From NCBI RefSeq assembly GCF_009914755.1, contig NC_060927.1: a stretch of 64,000 bases of DNA, one strand, 5' to 3'. The translations under genes were made by a program, and so were the position numbers. This document shows positions 29,021 through 43,450 of the stretch, one piece after another. This DNA is from the human T2T-CHM13v2.0 reference genome, Homo sapiens. The notes beneath the pieces are model-generated. The model was given only the letters and a program-made list of their open reading frames with translations. It did no database searches and had not been told where the DNA came from. Position 1 is the stretch's first letter. Each line of letters starts with the position of its first letter.

Positions 29021-32000
29021 TAAATCTGTGCTTTTTTATAGGACATTTCATCAAATACATATTCTTAGTCACTTGAGTGGCAACTCTTCCTAGATATTAA
29101 TACTGTATACAAAAAGTTAGGTCTAGAAAATGACATCAATTATTGTGAGACAAGTAACACATTTCTGTATATCCAAAACATATTTCATTAAATTTGACTG
29201 TTTTCCTAAATTTCCAATGTTATTGTAGTGCTTGTTTTGTAATATTGTGCTTGCGTGTGCACATGTGCACTTACATAGAGCTTAAATGGGTAAAATAGAG
29301 TGTTACTCTCTTTGCTGGTCTCACTGCTTTAGCTGTTGTTCCCTTAAAATTCGTTCTCTGCACAGCAGCTGGGTGAAGTTTTTATTAAAACCCCCATGTT
29401 TTCCTTTCGAACTTAGCATACAGTGCAAACTCTACTATGGCTGCTGCCTGATGCGCCTTCTTCCAGCCCTGCTCCAGTTCTCTGTGCCCTTGCCACACAG
29501 CATACTTTCTCCAATTCTCTAACATGTGGGGCCCATTCTGCCCTAGTGCCTTTGCCCTCTCTATTCTCTCTCTTGGAAAGTTCTTTTATACTTTGTATAG
29601 TAGAATCCTCCCAATCCTTCCTGGCATAGCCCAAATGCTTCAGGGTCAGAGAGACCTTCTTGGACTACTTCATCACATCACGCTTCTCTACATATTCTTC
29701 ATGACACCCACCACTAGCTGACTCTATTGTGTTTGTTTGTGTACATTTTCTATATTCTCCTGCAAGAGTTCACCCTTGACTATATTGGAAACAGATTGGA
29801 GTTGGCAGAAGATAACATGCAGAGCTCACTCAAGGGGACTTCCAGACATCTTTTATAGATAATACGAATTGCTAAATTTGCTTTTCATCTAAAAAATTTC
29901 ATTTTATAAGACTTGGGTTAAAATACAGAATTCCATTGCAGTTGGAAAGAGTTACCAGATAGTTCATTATGTGTGCTTGAATGCCAGTCTTGCACAGCAT
30001 GTAGCACAGTCAGTATGAAACCCTTTTTTGAGGAACTGAAATGCCAGGTAAGAATTCTATGGTAAGCCTATTTCAGCCCCACAAATGAAGGCCTTTCCTA
30101 TAAATGTGGTCTTGTATTTCCTTCCAGCCAGATGAATGCAAGAAACTGTCATCGTTGCTCTCTCCATTTTTGTTTAGTAAGAACGAGCCTCTTTAGGTGT
30201 TTGTAGAGTTATTTTGGCAGTCTAGTATTATTTCCACTATCATTAGCTTTTACCCTTAGGTAGAACCTGGACTTTGTGTTTTCACCTATCCAATTTTCAT
30301 TACATTTCATGTAATTCATAGAAATTAAAATTTCACTCAGATACTCTTGACTGCATAGCAACAGACCTATTTTGGAGTATTAAAACAAGGTTTTAATATA
30401 GAAACTGTTTCAACCTTTTGTTTTAAACTATTGATTTCCTACATAGTTTGGGAATTTTTTTAGATACCAGCTCTCTTCAGTAGTTCCGATTTCTTAGGAC
30501 TTTTATAAAAAACATCTTGAAAAAATGGTATCATAACTTTAATATTACTCAGCACATTTGTTGTTGTTGTTGTTCAGAATGGTTTATGCGCTCTTATTCT
30601 GATGAAAAAGAAGATGAAAACATTCTTTTCTAATTGTTGGGAAATGTTGTGGAACCTGACTTTTTGACCGCTTTTGCCAATGCTAGGGCCTGTTGACCTA
30701 CTCATTCCCACTTGGCTCTGCCAGCTGGGGCTGCCTTAACTGGTCTCCATGCTCCTATGAGAGAGTTCTTAGGTAAACGTCAAGTCTGCATCAGAAAGCC
30801 GTGCAGACGTGGAGAGCCATCTTTTTCCAAACGTTCAGTGCAAGGCAGAGCAACAGGCTCTGCTTTGAGAATTATTGCTGGAGACACCATCCACGCATGC
30901 AAGCATTCTGTACCGGGTAGTACACTGACAATTTGGAACAAGGATAGACACTGCCATCTTGGTTCAGAAGGCCTCCTAATAATGGCATTCTAGAAGAGAA
31001 AACCTGGATTATGTAGCCTAAGATATGGTCTTGTTCTGGTAGAACATGTGTGAATAGGAAACACATCGTAGCCCTTGCTGATACTGTTACTAGGGTCTAG
31101 ATCACCGTTGGGCTTAAGCAGAGATGGGTAATTTTTGCTTTTTCTTAATATTCCAGCAGTCTAAACTAAAAATATGGAGAGATTATAAACCTGTGTTTGC
31201 CTGAAAACAAGATTGTCACCAATCTCAAAAGTCAGAAATAAATCATTTTTTCTCATACTCTGTATAATAGCTATAAGAGAGTGGGGACTGGAAAGGTATT
31301 TTGGAGTTTAAAAGTAGTAAAACACAGAACCATGAGTCCTGCTTGCAACTTTAATAAAATTTGGGTATTGTCTGTGTAGAACACCTTTTCTGTTCCTGGG
31401 TTAGGCTATAAGGACCTCCCGTTATGAAACCAAGCCAGAAACTGCCCTAAGATTAAATACCTTAAGGAAAAGTAACCTTTGTGGCAGTGGGGAACAGTCA
31501 CAGCTCTGAGACCACATCTCTGGTCAGTGACCAGAGATATCTGAGAGCTGATGGGCTGTAGTGGGGAGAAGGACTGGCTGCTACAGGAAATAAACCTTAT
31601 TTCAGACCCACCTGGAAATGATCTTACTTAATATGTTGCTTTTTACATGTTTTAGGGAATTTTTAGATTCACATTTCAGGAGACTATTCTGTATTTGAGC
31701 CTTTGGGTTTTGCTGAAGAGCATAGAACCCTAAAAACCGAATATGATGATCTTAGAACTTCCTTAATTTCTTTCTTTCCACTCTTAGTCTCTTTTCTCAT
31801 TTCCTTTCACTGCTCTGAAAATTAACACCTGCTAGGGAAATCAACTTTAGGCTGCTTTCATTGGAAGCCAGTGTCTAAAAATCAATCCTGGCAACTAGTG
31901 TAAAATGAAATTTGGAAGATGTCTTGATTCTCATGGACTTGTGCAAGCTGAAGTTATTAAAGAGGATTAGGAACCACAGCTGGTGCAGATGGAATGCTTA

Positions 32001-33689
32001 TAATTTCACAATCTGAGGTAGCTGTAAACTCAAATCTGCACAAAACTTCTTTGCTTTTTCTCTAGTTTATTTCACTTTATCTTCCTGGACTGTAACTCTG
32101 GGCAAGTACGATCGTTTAATTGTTGGAGATGATGAGCCTTAATAGGTTCCTCATTTAGATGGCATCATTTAAAATTCTAGTTGTACAATTTCATACTCAG
32201 AATTTCATTTCAGAAACCAACTATTTAATAATGGACTTATTAACAGCACAATAAGTAGGAAATGGTTTTACCTTTCGTTCAAAATGTAGAAATATATTTT
32301 AAATTTGAACAATGAAGACTGGTTCACAGTAATTGCAACTAGACAATATAACTACTTGCTTCTTAAAGAAATGCTTGATTCCATCAGTTTCTTCAGCTTT
32401 TTCTGTGTTCATTTCTACTAGAAATTCCTGTGTCATAGAAAAAAAGTCCCCTAAAGCCACCTTCTTCATTGGCTCTGTTACCTAATCACAGGCTCCCTGC
32501 TCCCTGTATATTCCCCGCACCCATGACTACTTCTCTGTTCATTCTATCTGATCATAATATAGGGGCCTTATACATGCACAGAGCAACTGTTTGCCCCCTC
32601 AGAAACATAAGCCTAGACCACATTTTCTGGGTAGATTAGTGTTTTCTCCACAAAGGAAGGTGTTTGTGAGACTTTCATCCAGTGGCTGCTAGGAAGGTCA
32701 AATTAGGAACTTTTGTCTACAGATACAAAGACATTAACTTACACTTTATGTTAGTGGTTGTTACTTTATTTAACAATGGAATTAGTGTCCACTCTACAGT
32801 TTAGCACCTCTTTATCCTTACTGAAAGACTTTAGAGAAATGGCTGCTAAGGTGGAGTTTCTTCAAATACAGAAAAACATCTGGAGCCGTAAATAAGTTGA
32901 GCAGCCCGGATACATTCTGTACTAGCTGGTTGGGAAGAAAACAACACAGGGATATTTCAGGTGGTGCCGCACAACAAACAGCGGTAGTTTATGGTCTGAG
33001 ATAGTCTCTGTTCTTTTGGAACCGGTGTGTGCTTCTTCTCTAAAGCCACAGTCAGCAGCAAAAAATACTGTAACATGTCTTTTGGAAGCAATTACTGCAT
33101 GATCCTCAGTGTTCTAGCCTCAGAACATCCTGAGTGTTCCATTTCTATACGTGCGGGAGAAGAGGACATATTACCGATGCTTTGGCATGAAGTAATCTGG
33201 AGAATTATTATAGGATATGGTCTTTCTTGACCAGCTTTTGAAATGGCTTTCAGTAGCTTCTCTTTGGATTTCCAAACTGACCTTCTGTAACTGGATATGG
33301 CCTCTTACAGAAGCAGTAGTATAAACATGTTTAAACTTCTAATGTAATTATTTTATCCTGAACCAAGTAGTCTAGCAGTCTCTTCCAGCGGATAGATTTG
33401 TTTATCTTAAGTAGAGTTGATCTCCCCGCCTTACCCTTGTTACCTTTGGACACAGGAGATGGCAGGAGAAGAGGTTTTGGATGGCCCCCAAGAAGAAGTA
33501 GACTTGGACCGAAAATCAGAAGACAAGAAGACCTGAGGATTTGATACTGGGTTCTTTTAGATTTTCCTGTGCGATCTTGACCAGATTCATAAAATCTCTG
33601 ATTTGCTGAATCTATATCTAGTAAATGGGTATAATAATATCTAATATGTATTTGCATATGTTTGGTATATGTATTGGTATGTGATGACT

Positions 33690-34030
33690 GACATAACAAA
33701 GTAGCACAAACTAGGTAGCTTACACAACACAATTTTATCTTCTCACAGCTCTAGATGCTAGAAGTCAGACTGCAGTGTTGGCAGGGTTGGTCCTTCAGGG
33801 CCATGAGGGAAGGATCTATTCTAGGCCTCTGTCTTTGACTTGTAGATGGCCATTTTCTCCCTCTGTCTTCACATCATCTTCCCTGTGTGTGTCTGCATCC
33901 GAATTTCCTCCTCTTCTAAGGACACCTGTCATATTAAATTAGGGCCCACCCTGATGAGCTCTTTTTAACTTAATTACCTCTTTAAAGGCCCTATCTCCAA
34001 ATATAGTCAAATTCTGAGGCACTGGGGGGC
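33690..34030 (-). mobile_element. MLT1-family MaLR LTR
   Basis: cataacaaagtagcacaaact...tgtagatggcc...taaggacac...attagggcccaccct...ttctgagg. Confidence 0.72.
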
Positions 34031-35499
34031 CAATCCAGATTTTTTTGGTCATCCATTTTTTTTCTTTTCTGTTGTCTTATCTATTATATTTTCCTCTTGT
34101 GTGTTTTTATTTCTCACCCAGATTAGTCCATGACCTAAATGGCCGCTTTTGCTCACAACTGCCTCTTGGGCTCAATAAGCTCACTGTTGTCTAGGGTTTA
34201 TACACCTCAGCTGTTAGGAGTTGGAGATCAGATGAATGTGGTTTATCGTCTGTAGAGTGAAATATGGCTACTAAGTGGTGCCATTACAGAGCCAATTTGG
34301 GGTGTAAATCTAGTATTTCAGCTCTTGGACTTTTTAAACTGCATCTTTAAATAGAACACTAGTTTCATTCTGAGGGGGGGAAATATACATGCAGAAGACA
34401 TTAAGGCCTATGATGAATGTCATGTTTTGAACAACAAGGGCAGCTCATTTGGACAACAGAAATCCATCTGCAGGGCTTAAGAGAATCCTTTATTTTATAC
34501 AGAAACCGAATAAGTTCCAAATAATATAAATGTTATTAAAGACTTAGAATGAGATAGCAATAGTGCATAGCTTTGGCCTAGAGTAGGTAGGCTTGAAAAC
34601 AATTCAGGACTTCTTTTACATTGACCCTGGATTTGTGGATGTCTGTTCTATCATAATATGTTTTAGAGAATAAAATGGAAAAGCTTGTAATACCAGAGAG
34701 CTTCTATTCCTCAGAGTGGTTGCAATTCTGGAGAACAACCTCTTGCAAGTAGCATTTTCCGTATAGACATTTCTTGCCTGCTGGCCCAATCTTAACTTTT
34801 CATTTTAGTTCATTTCTCAGTTCAGTGCATTTAGAAGACAGTGCATTTTTCTTTTCTGGACTAGGGCAGATGGTGCTGTCACTTTTGATTATCTGGTTTT
34901 TTTTTTAAAGGGAAGTGTTGATTAGGGAGAGCAAGAAATGAAATACCACCAGATTAAATTGAGAGCAGAAATTATACAATCCCAAAAGAGGCAAATCTGT
35001 TCTATGTTTTTCTGCTTAGTTTACTATAGTTTATGTTTGACTTTCTAGATTTCAAGTTGGATATATTTTAAAAGATCATTTTAAGATAGCTTTTGGGTTA
35101 TGAGTTTGCTTTGTTTCTGCTTTCTGGAAGATATAGAAGATAGAAATGTTTAGATGGTTTTCTTTTTCTAGTCACATTTAAGTAAGAAGATCCTTGGGTA
35201 AGAGTAGCTTTTAACAAATCCAAAATGTTTGGATAATTTCTACTTTATGCCACTGAAATCTCTCACTTGCAGTCTAGTGGCACTTTGTGTCTTGTTACTG
35301 TTTGGCCATCTAATCTTAAATTAGAATATTTAACAGGTGTTCCAAACCAGAAGTCACAAGGAAGTGGACAAAGAGGCCCAGAAGATAGCTTGAAGAGCCT
35401 CCTGCTGGCTACATTTAGGGCAAATTTAGTGTCCAAAAAATAATGATGGTGGTGGAGTGTAGCAGATTTTAACACATTGAATTAAAATAAAAAGAATCT

Positions 35500-36280
35500 G
35501 GGTTCAAGATACTTTGAAAAGTGGGAGGGAGAACTAATAAACATAGAAGGAATAACAGAATTAGAAAAATCACCATCTGGAAACTACCTGTAATATAATG
35601 ATACATGCTAGAGATCATCAGTATTTACTATAACTGTCAGGTAAAAGGGCATAATGTGCTTTGACAATGGAGAAAGGTTTTACACACAATACCTTGAGCA
35701 AGTGACCAAACTGAGCATCACCTAATAGTTCAAACAGCAGTGTGCATGTTCTCATGTCATACGATGGGAAGTATATCTGTAAACAATTCTTCCCCAAAAT
35801 TCTTAGCCTGTATCTAATTACGAGGAAATAGCATCACACTACAGATAGTGATATATTCTATAAGAAAACTGGCCTGACTGCTCCAAAAATGTCAACTTTA
35901 TAAAAAGTATAAGGGATTTCTGTTCTAGATTAAGAGAGACTAGTAAAAACCTGACAACTAATGCATACTTGGTCCTCGATTGGATCCTGAATTAGGAGAA
36001 AAAAAATTAAAGATGTTATTGGAACAATTGACAAAATTTAACATGGATTTTAATCTCAAATTTATTCGATTAATGTTAAATCTGATTGTAGTAATGTGTT
36101 TTTGTTTATGTAGGAGAAGCTCCTTGTTCTCAGGAAAGAAATGCTGAAGTTTTGGGGGTGAAATGTCATGAGATCAATAACTTTCTTTCAAATGGTTGTG
36201 AAAAAACGTGTGTGTGTGTATATATAAGTAGAGATCAAATGTGAGCATGCAAATGTAGCAAAATGTTAATAAGTTGACCA
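35500..36280 (+). mobile_element. Old L1M (L1ME/MC-like) 3' fragment
   Basis: Degenerate motifs (ttggatcctg, taatgttaaat, taggagaa...ttgttctcaggaaa...ctgaagt) typical of ancient L1 3' UTRs. Confidence 0.5.
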
Positions 36281-36334
36281 ATCTAGGTGTTTTTCTATAG
36301 CAATCTAGGTGTTTTGCTATAATTATAGCAGCCT

Positions 36335-36663
36335 GAGCTATAATTGGGTGGCTTAAGCAACAAACATTTATTTCTTACAGTTCTGAAGGCTGGGAAGTCC
36401 AAGATCAGGGTGCCAGCATATTTGGTGTCTGGTGAGGTCTGTCTTCCTGATTTATAGATGGCACGTTTGTGCTATGTCCTTGTGTGGCTGAGAGAAGAAA
36501 GCGAGCTCTCTCAGTACCCTTATAAGGACATCAGTCCCATCTATGAGGGCTTTATCCTCATGACCTCATCTCATTCTAATTACCTTCTAATGCCATCACT
36601 TTAGCGCGTAGGGTTTTAAGATACACGAATTTTGGGAGGGCACCAAGCATTTAGTCCCTAACA
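36335..36663 (-). mobile_element. MLT1A/MST-like MaLR LTR
   Basis: tgggtggctta...atttatttcttacagttctg..ggctgggaagtccaagatca...tctggtgagg...cttataagg. Confidence 0.72.
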
Positions 36664-37716
36664 GTGTTCATAGTACTGCTCCAGCTTTTCTATAGATTAA
36701 AAATGTTTTAAAATATGTATTTTTTACAAATCGAGCAATTTCACATAAAATTTTGCATTTCTAGATTCTCTAGAAAAGTGGGAGTGTCTGCCTTACACCC
36801 ATGATACACCAAGAATAACTGATTGGCTGCATAGCAGCTGCCCCCCTCAGATAGGGTGAGGTTTTTTCCATTTTCCATAGTCCTTATCCTTCCCTTTTGT
36901 TTTATATACCCACTTTCTTTACTCATTGATATTACCTGCCTAGTGGCTATAGGCATTTTAGTATGTACCCACACATGTAACACTTGCTGATTTCTTGGGG
37001 TGGTAGTAGGTTGTGTCATGGATGGTAATGACTTTTTCATATGCTGGAACTCTTGAGCCCTCTGGATTTGATACCCATATCAGGTGATGAGCTTCACTTG
37101 GCTCCTTGGCCACAGGCTGAGTATCTAGCCTTATTCCCAAATAATTCAGTCATCTGAGACATAATTAAGAAAATGTGGATGTAAACACTGTTCAAAACTT
37201 GCTGGATAGGAGATATACATATTAAAATTATCTTTCAGATGCAACATATTAGAAATTGTACTCTGGATTCTGCCTGTCAGTTGGCACAGTCTTGCAAAAA
37301 GTATTGTATAAGCTGCTTGAAAAAATGTAATATGGTATGCCAAGTCCTAATGAAAAAACATTTTGTGGAAACGTTTGTAGACTCCCATGCAAAAAGTAGT
37401 GTATGAACTTTAATTACCTTTGTAAGTTGTTCTATCCTGTGTTTAAGTGACTACTTTCCTGTTACATACCCAGGGAGGGTACCAGCTCTTGCTGGATAAT
37501 CATGGTCTTGAGCCTTCCCCCAAAACACAAGAGCAGTATCTGGCAGAGGTTAGGGTTCAGCTAGCAGTGAACAGTTCAAAAACACAGGGAAGAAGAGGAA
37601 AGGACTGGTGCTAGAGTTAATCTTGTCAAGCAAACATATCTACCTAATACTTAATCTGTTTTTGTGGGTTTGCATCCCTGTACAATTTGATGTTCTTAAA
37701 AACACTAGCAGCCTTT

Positions 37717-38022
37717 GGCCGGGTGTGGTGGCTCACGCCTGTAATCCCAGCACTTTGGGAGGCCGAGATGGGTGGATCACTTGAGGTCAGGAGTTTGAGA
37801 GCAGCCTGGCCAACATGGTGAAACCCCGTCTCTACTAAAAATACAAAAATTAGCCAGGCATAGTGGCGCACACTTGTAATCCCAGCTACTCAGGGGGCTG
37901 AGGCAGAAAAATCGCTTGAACCCAGGAGGCAGAGGTTGCAGAAAGCCGAGATCGCACCACTGCACTCCAGCCTGGGCAACAGAGTGAGACTCTGTCTCAA
38001 AAACAAAACAAAACAAAAAAAA
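37717..38022 (+). mobile_element. Alu (AluS-like)
   Basis: ggccgggtgtggtggctcacgcc through an A-rich tail, with TSD AAAAACACTAGCAGC. Confidence 0.95.
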
Positions 38023-38972
38023 CACTAGCAGCTTTTGTCCAGTTCCATGCATATACATGATTTTTACATTGTGAAATGAACACAAAGATTTTTCTTAGGG
38101 AATCTGACAGAAATGAGCATAGAATCTTACTAGTATTTCAGTTCATTAAAGACCTAGACCTGGCACTCCATGTTGCCTCTCTTATTACCCCAGGTGTTAC
38201 ACAGCATTTGCCTGAAGGAGCCCATTTGCCTGTGAGGGGGTTAATGTGAATGTTCCCTGTAGGGCTTGACTCAAATCACAGGCCTGGGGAGTGGGGGGCG
38301 GGGGGCGGGGAAATCATCCTGTCCAGTGAATTCCAGAAATAGCAACAAAAGCTCAGAGGAAATTAGCCCCTGTTGTCCCATTGACATTCTCTGGCCATCT
38401 CTCCTGTCCAGCTGGGCACACTGCTTGGAAAAGAAATTCATTTGTGTTTCTCTCCTTTCTCTTAAGGTTCCAGAACCTGTTTGGAACCTAGGCCGCTCTT
38501 GAAAATATTTTCCTGGAATGGAAAGCAACTGCATGCAACATATGTTTACCTGCCTGCTGCTTTCTTTTTCGGTGTTGAGAGTCTGGTATTCCCTTGGCTA
38601 CCTTTCAGGATTTCAAATAGAGTAACCACTTCACCAGCGAAATGGCTAGCAAGATGTTTATCTTTGTATTTTTAGCATCAGGATGATTGATATCTCAAGA
38701 TATTTCTGGAATAGTTGTTTTTGGAGATTAACTGCATTGTCCTTGTATTATGCAAGTTTATTCTTCGTGTTGTGATTTTATTCATCTTTAATATTTGTAT
38801 TTAAAACCACTAACTGTGGACCATAGTCACTAAATGGAGAGTCTTAGATAATTAATTCTTCTTTTGTATGCGCTTATTGATTCCTCTTTTTTTCCCAGCA
38901 TAAGTAATATTTCAAAATTGAAGATGGCCAATATTCTTTTTCTGAGTAGAAAAGCAATTCAACACATATTCG

Positions 38973-39286
38973 TTGTTGTTGTTGTTGTTGTTGTTGTTTG
39001 TTTGGGGACAAGTCTCCCTCTGTTGCATAGGCTGGAGTGCAGTGGCGCCATCTCAGCTCACTGCAGGCTTCAACTCCTCGGGTTCTAGCGATCCTCCCAC
39101 CTCAGCCTCCCAAGTAGTCGGGACTACAGGCATGTGCCACCAAGCCCAGCTAATTTTTGTATTTTTCGTAGAGATGGGGTCTTACTATGTTGCTTAGGCT
39201 GGTCTTGAACTCCTGGGCTCAAGCTTTCTGCCCGCCTTGGCCTCCCAAAGTGCTGGGATTACCGGCATGAGCTACCACATCCAGCC
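38973..39286 (-). mobile_element. Alu (AluJ-like) with (TTG)n tail microsatellite
   Basis: Antisense Alu with TSD TCAACACA-ATTC. Confidence 0.92.
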
Positions 39287-40272
39287 ATCAACACACATTC
39301 TTAATATTGTTTTCTTTTGTCCCCATTCATGCTTATCAGCATTAGTAGGCATTGACTAGGTATCTAGCTTGTCCTTATTATTGAGTAGTCACATTTTTCG
39401 TTTTCACCTAAAATTATTTATTTCTGTTTCTTTTTTGTTTGTTTGTTTTTATATTGATTGTTTACTGTTGGCTTTAGGCTTCTTATCTCCAAAATGAGCA
39501 TGATCAGAAGCCACACATTTTCCACGCCCCTAGTTCATTATACATGATTTGTTAAAGAGAGTAGCTATGTCAGCTCCTTGGCAGATCTGAGAAAGCATAT
39601 GATGTTATGACAGGGATATCTACAAATGAGCCTTGTGGATAAGAACTAGACAGAAGGTTTAGAGAGAAATAATGTTGATGTCATCCCATTGGAATGATAG
39701 AGCTGTTACAACCAGAAATACATTCTATAGCTAGTAGCTAAGTGTGTAGCTCTATTTCTTTTCTAAGAAGGAAAAAATGTGAAATAAACCAAAGAAGTAA
39801 AGTATGTTTATAAAGGAGGATATTTTAATTAGTTTAGGTCTTAACAGTTATTCAAACAGTCTGAACTTAGGTTTCTTTTTGGAGCAAACATGAAAACCAT
39901 TATTTATGGAAAATTTAAATTTCACATGACACATCTTCCCTCTATGTGTGTGGGTTTTTTCTTTCTTTCTTTTTTTTGAAAAAAACTATTTGCTTTGCTT
40001 GTGTATTTTTATTTCAACCTTCCTTTTACTAAAAATGCTTTATTTCCTTGGTGTAGGAGATTTGTTTTTAGGGAAAAGAAAGACTTGTGTCTCTAAGCTG
40101 AGCCCCCTTTTCCTTTTTTAGCATTTCCAGATAGGCTGGTTCTCAGCTGACCATGTTTGAATTAGAGGCGCCCAACTTAGCTCCTTTTCAAAAACTTTCC
40201 TACCATTAAATGTGCCTATATCTGCAAAACAAAATGCCCCTTCTCTGTGTGAAACACTATACAAGAGTGCCT

Positions 40273-40286
40273 TATTATTATTATTT

Positions 40287-40329
<43 letters not shown>

Positions 40330-40483
40330 TATTTTGAGACGGAGTCTTGCTCTGTTGCCCAGGCTGGAGTGCAGTGGCACGATCTCAGCTCACTGCAACC
40401 TCCACATCCCGGGTTCAAGCGATCTCCTGCCTAAGCCTCCTGAGTAGTTGGGATTGCAGGTGTGCGCCACCACGCCCGGCTAA
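40273..40483 (-). mobile_element. Partial Alu (right arm) with (TTTA)n microsatellite tail
   Basis: (TTTA)n at 40273-40333 followed by gagacggagtcttgctctg...cccggctaat. Confidence 0.9.
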
Positions 40484-43261
40484 TGCCATTCAACTGCTAA
40501 GAAGGCAGCAATGTAGAAAATGGTTTTCATGTTCATTTACCCCAGCCGTGGTCACCAGCAAGGTTGAATCAGGTGGAAAATGGTTTCGATCTGTTTACTT
40601 ACCTTGTGGCTGCTTCAGTGTAAGGAATAGGAAATATAGGGTTTGCTTACATGATTTTGTCTAATTTATTTACTGCACACCAGAAGGTGGAAAATAGCCC
40701 CTGAGAATGAAGAATAAGAAACTTGTCCTCTGACCTTGCACCAGAACCTTGCATTTGTGCACTTCTGGGGCAATCTCTTGTTTAGTTGGCTCACACCAAG
40801 TACCAAGTTCTTAAGAGGGGAAGAAACAAAAACCAGACAGAGTTTTCAGCTTGAATAAAAGAAGCTACCCTAAAGGCAAATCAGCAGAATTTTTTTGTTT
40901 TGTTTGCTTATTTTTGTGAGGGGATCAGTTATTCTTCTTTCCTTCACAATATGGGAGGTGTGTGCATGAGAGAGACAGGAGAAAAAAAACAAAAAAAAAG
41001 AAAGCATGCCACCAAACAATAGCTTCATCCAAACTCTGACATACACTCTTTGTACAGCTGGGCTCTGAAACTGTTTTATGGAAAGAGTGGTCATTCAGTG
41101 TACTTCGAGGCACGCTTAGATCATGCTTAGGGTGAGATAGGCCAAGGGCTTAGTTAACTCGCTTATTTAGGTCGTAGAGATGTGAATTTTGACATTTTCA
41201 TACTAGACTGTTAGCTTTCGTACAAGAGTTGATCGTTTATGTGGGAAGTAACTGTCACTTTAAAACAAATTTTATTTTTACTCTTGTTTGGTGCAAATTG
41301 TGTCCCTGGGTTTTATTTACCTTTTCCTTCTTAGTCTGTGGCAGCACGAATGGAAAAGCATTACATTAAATAAATGTAATATAAGTGCATTTTTCTCTCT
41401 TTTTTCCCATATTTACAATTAGAAGCTTGAAAGAAGACAGAATTCCATCTGGCCTTGGTACCACGTTTCTCCTAACATGAGGGGCTAGTGACCAGACACG
41501 ATAGGGCAGTGATTGCTTTGTCACTGCCTTCCCTCCCCATGCCCTGCCATTTTTATTTTTGATCTTCTCAGAATCCTTTGTTTATTTGGCCCCATTCAAG
41601 GCCCACTTTTTAAATTCTTCCTTTTTTCATATACATTCCCAGCAGATAGGTGGCCTTTGCTCTATTCATTTGACAACCTTTTCTAAGTTAAAAGCAAATA
41701 AGAAAACCAACATAAACCTTCCCATAGGACTGAGCAGGTCTCCTCTGCTGCCTTCTCTTTCTCCCATCCACCTCAAGGCCAACACCCCACCAGTATCAAC
41801 CCCATGTTTTCTTTCTCAGTGTCCTCTCCCTCAGGATCCCTAGATCTCTATTAACTCTTCATGATACAGTCAAAGGTTATACTTGCTTTGGGACCATGTA
41901 TTAGACTTGTGGCCCTGGAGAAATCACATCTACTCTCTGAGCCTCAGTTTCCTCATTTGTTCCTTATATTCCTTCCTCAGTCAACAAAGACACCTATGGG
42001 TGGTGTGCCCAGCACCGGAGGTGAGAACCATGATGAGCTAAGTAAGCATAAGTTCCTATCCACCACTGTGAAATGGAGCAGAGAATGTCCATCATGCAGG
42101 GGATATTGTAAAAATTAGCAAGGTGATGATGCATAGATGAGCACGTATGTAGGTGCTCAGGAAATGTCAGTTTTCGTGATTGTAATCAAAGGCAAACAGA
42201 GAAGGCAAGTCCTGACCTCTCTTTGGAAGTTGTTTTTATCTCAGGAGGACCTTTCCCTTGTATTTCTGGCTTTTACCTGAAACTCATTTTTTTTGACTTT
42301 GGACAGATTTTTTTATTATTATTCCTTTTAATCTAGCCTCTTTCTCTATTTTTTCTTTTTTTCTGTTAAAAGCATAACCATTTCTTCTGTCATGTGTATT
42401 TGAAAGCAAGGTGGGAGGGGGCGTTCCAGTTTTTGTGGGACAAAGCATCCTGTTTTAACTCTGTTCTTTTATAGTGTATTTCTAGTGCATAGTCCTGAGG
42501 ATGTTTTATTTGCAGATCCCTTTAATTCTTCCCTTCCTTGTGTGTTGAGTAGGTGATCATCCCTGTTCTAAACTTTTATTACTCCAAGGATAGGGTCTGA
42601 CTTGTTGCCTTTCTAAGATAATCTAAATGCCTTCTTCATAGCAAGAGGAAACAGTTACCTCCTTCAGCTGGTTGTTTGAACATAACTATGTGAGTGTTTG
42701 AAACCATAGGGTCCTTCAAATTCTACAATAACCAGAAATTGAGAACATTTTGTCTTTAACAACTGAACCAGTTCATTTATTGTGACTATGCTTATGTTTT
42801 GTTTTGATTTTTTTCTAACCGGCAGTTATCTCTTGAGATTATATAATATTTACAGTTTACTTAGCAGGGGCTTCCAGAAAATGTGAGGGTATGTCAACTT
42901 TTGATTTATGGATACAGTTTATACCTTAACATGAATACATAGTTATAAATGAGCTTGTGACATTGGGTCTTTTGAATGTGGGTTTTCTTTTAAAAGGCTA
43001 CAGTTTTCAAAACCATGATATTACCACCAGCCCATTTGTATTTCTCACCAGACTAAAGGTAGCACGTCCTACTAAACAGAACGCAACAGGAAAAAAAATA
43101 AGGAACAAGTCCTTTTAAAGTTTGGAGTGGTGCCAACTACAAGTTTTTGTTATTTTTAATATAGACTTTGTTCATTTATTTAGTCAAGAAGCGTCTGTTG
43201 AGCTTTGCACATGTAGGGCCTGTGCTGGGTGCTGCGGGTAAATGGTGATTTTGTCCTAGGG

Positions 43262-43450
43262 CAGGGGTCATTGAACTATATAGCCTCCCTGTAGCCTGCT
43301 TTTGTATGGCCCACAAACTAAGAGGTTGTTAAAGTTTTAATGCGTTATGAAAACAAACAAAAAGCAAAATATGCAAGAGACCTATGTGTGGCTCACAAAG
43401 TTTAAAATATTTATTTGATTCTTTAGGAAAAAATTTGCCTACTCCGGACC
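43262..43450. mobile_element. MER58A-like hAT MITE
   Basis: caggggtc...gcctgcttttgtatggcccacaaactaaga...aaaatatttat...aaaaatttgcc. Confidence 0.7.

Noticed and set aside
36280-36322. Local ~21-nt duplication (CAATCTAGGTGTTTT twice); a similar 15-nt duplication occurs near 59307-59336
   Set aside because: Common slippage duplications with no further signal.
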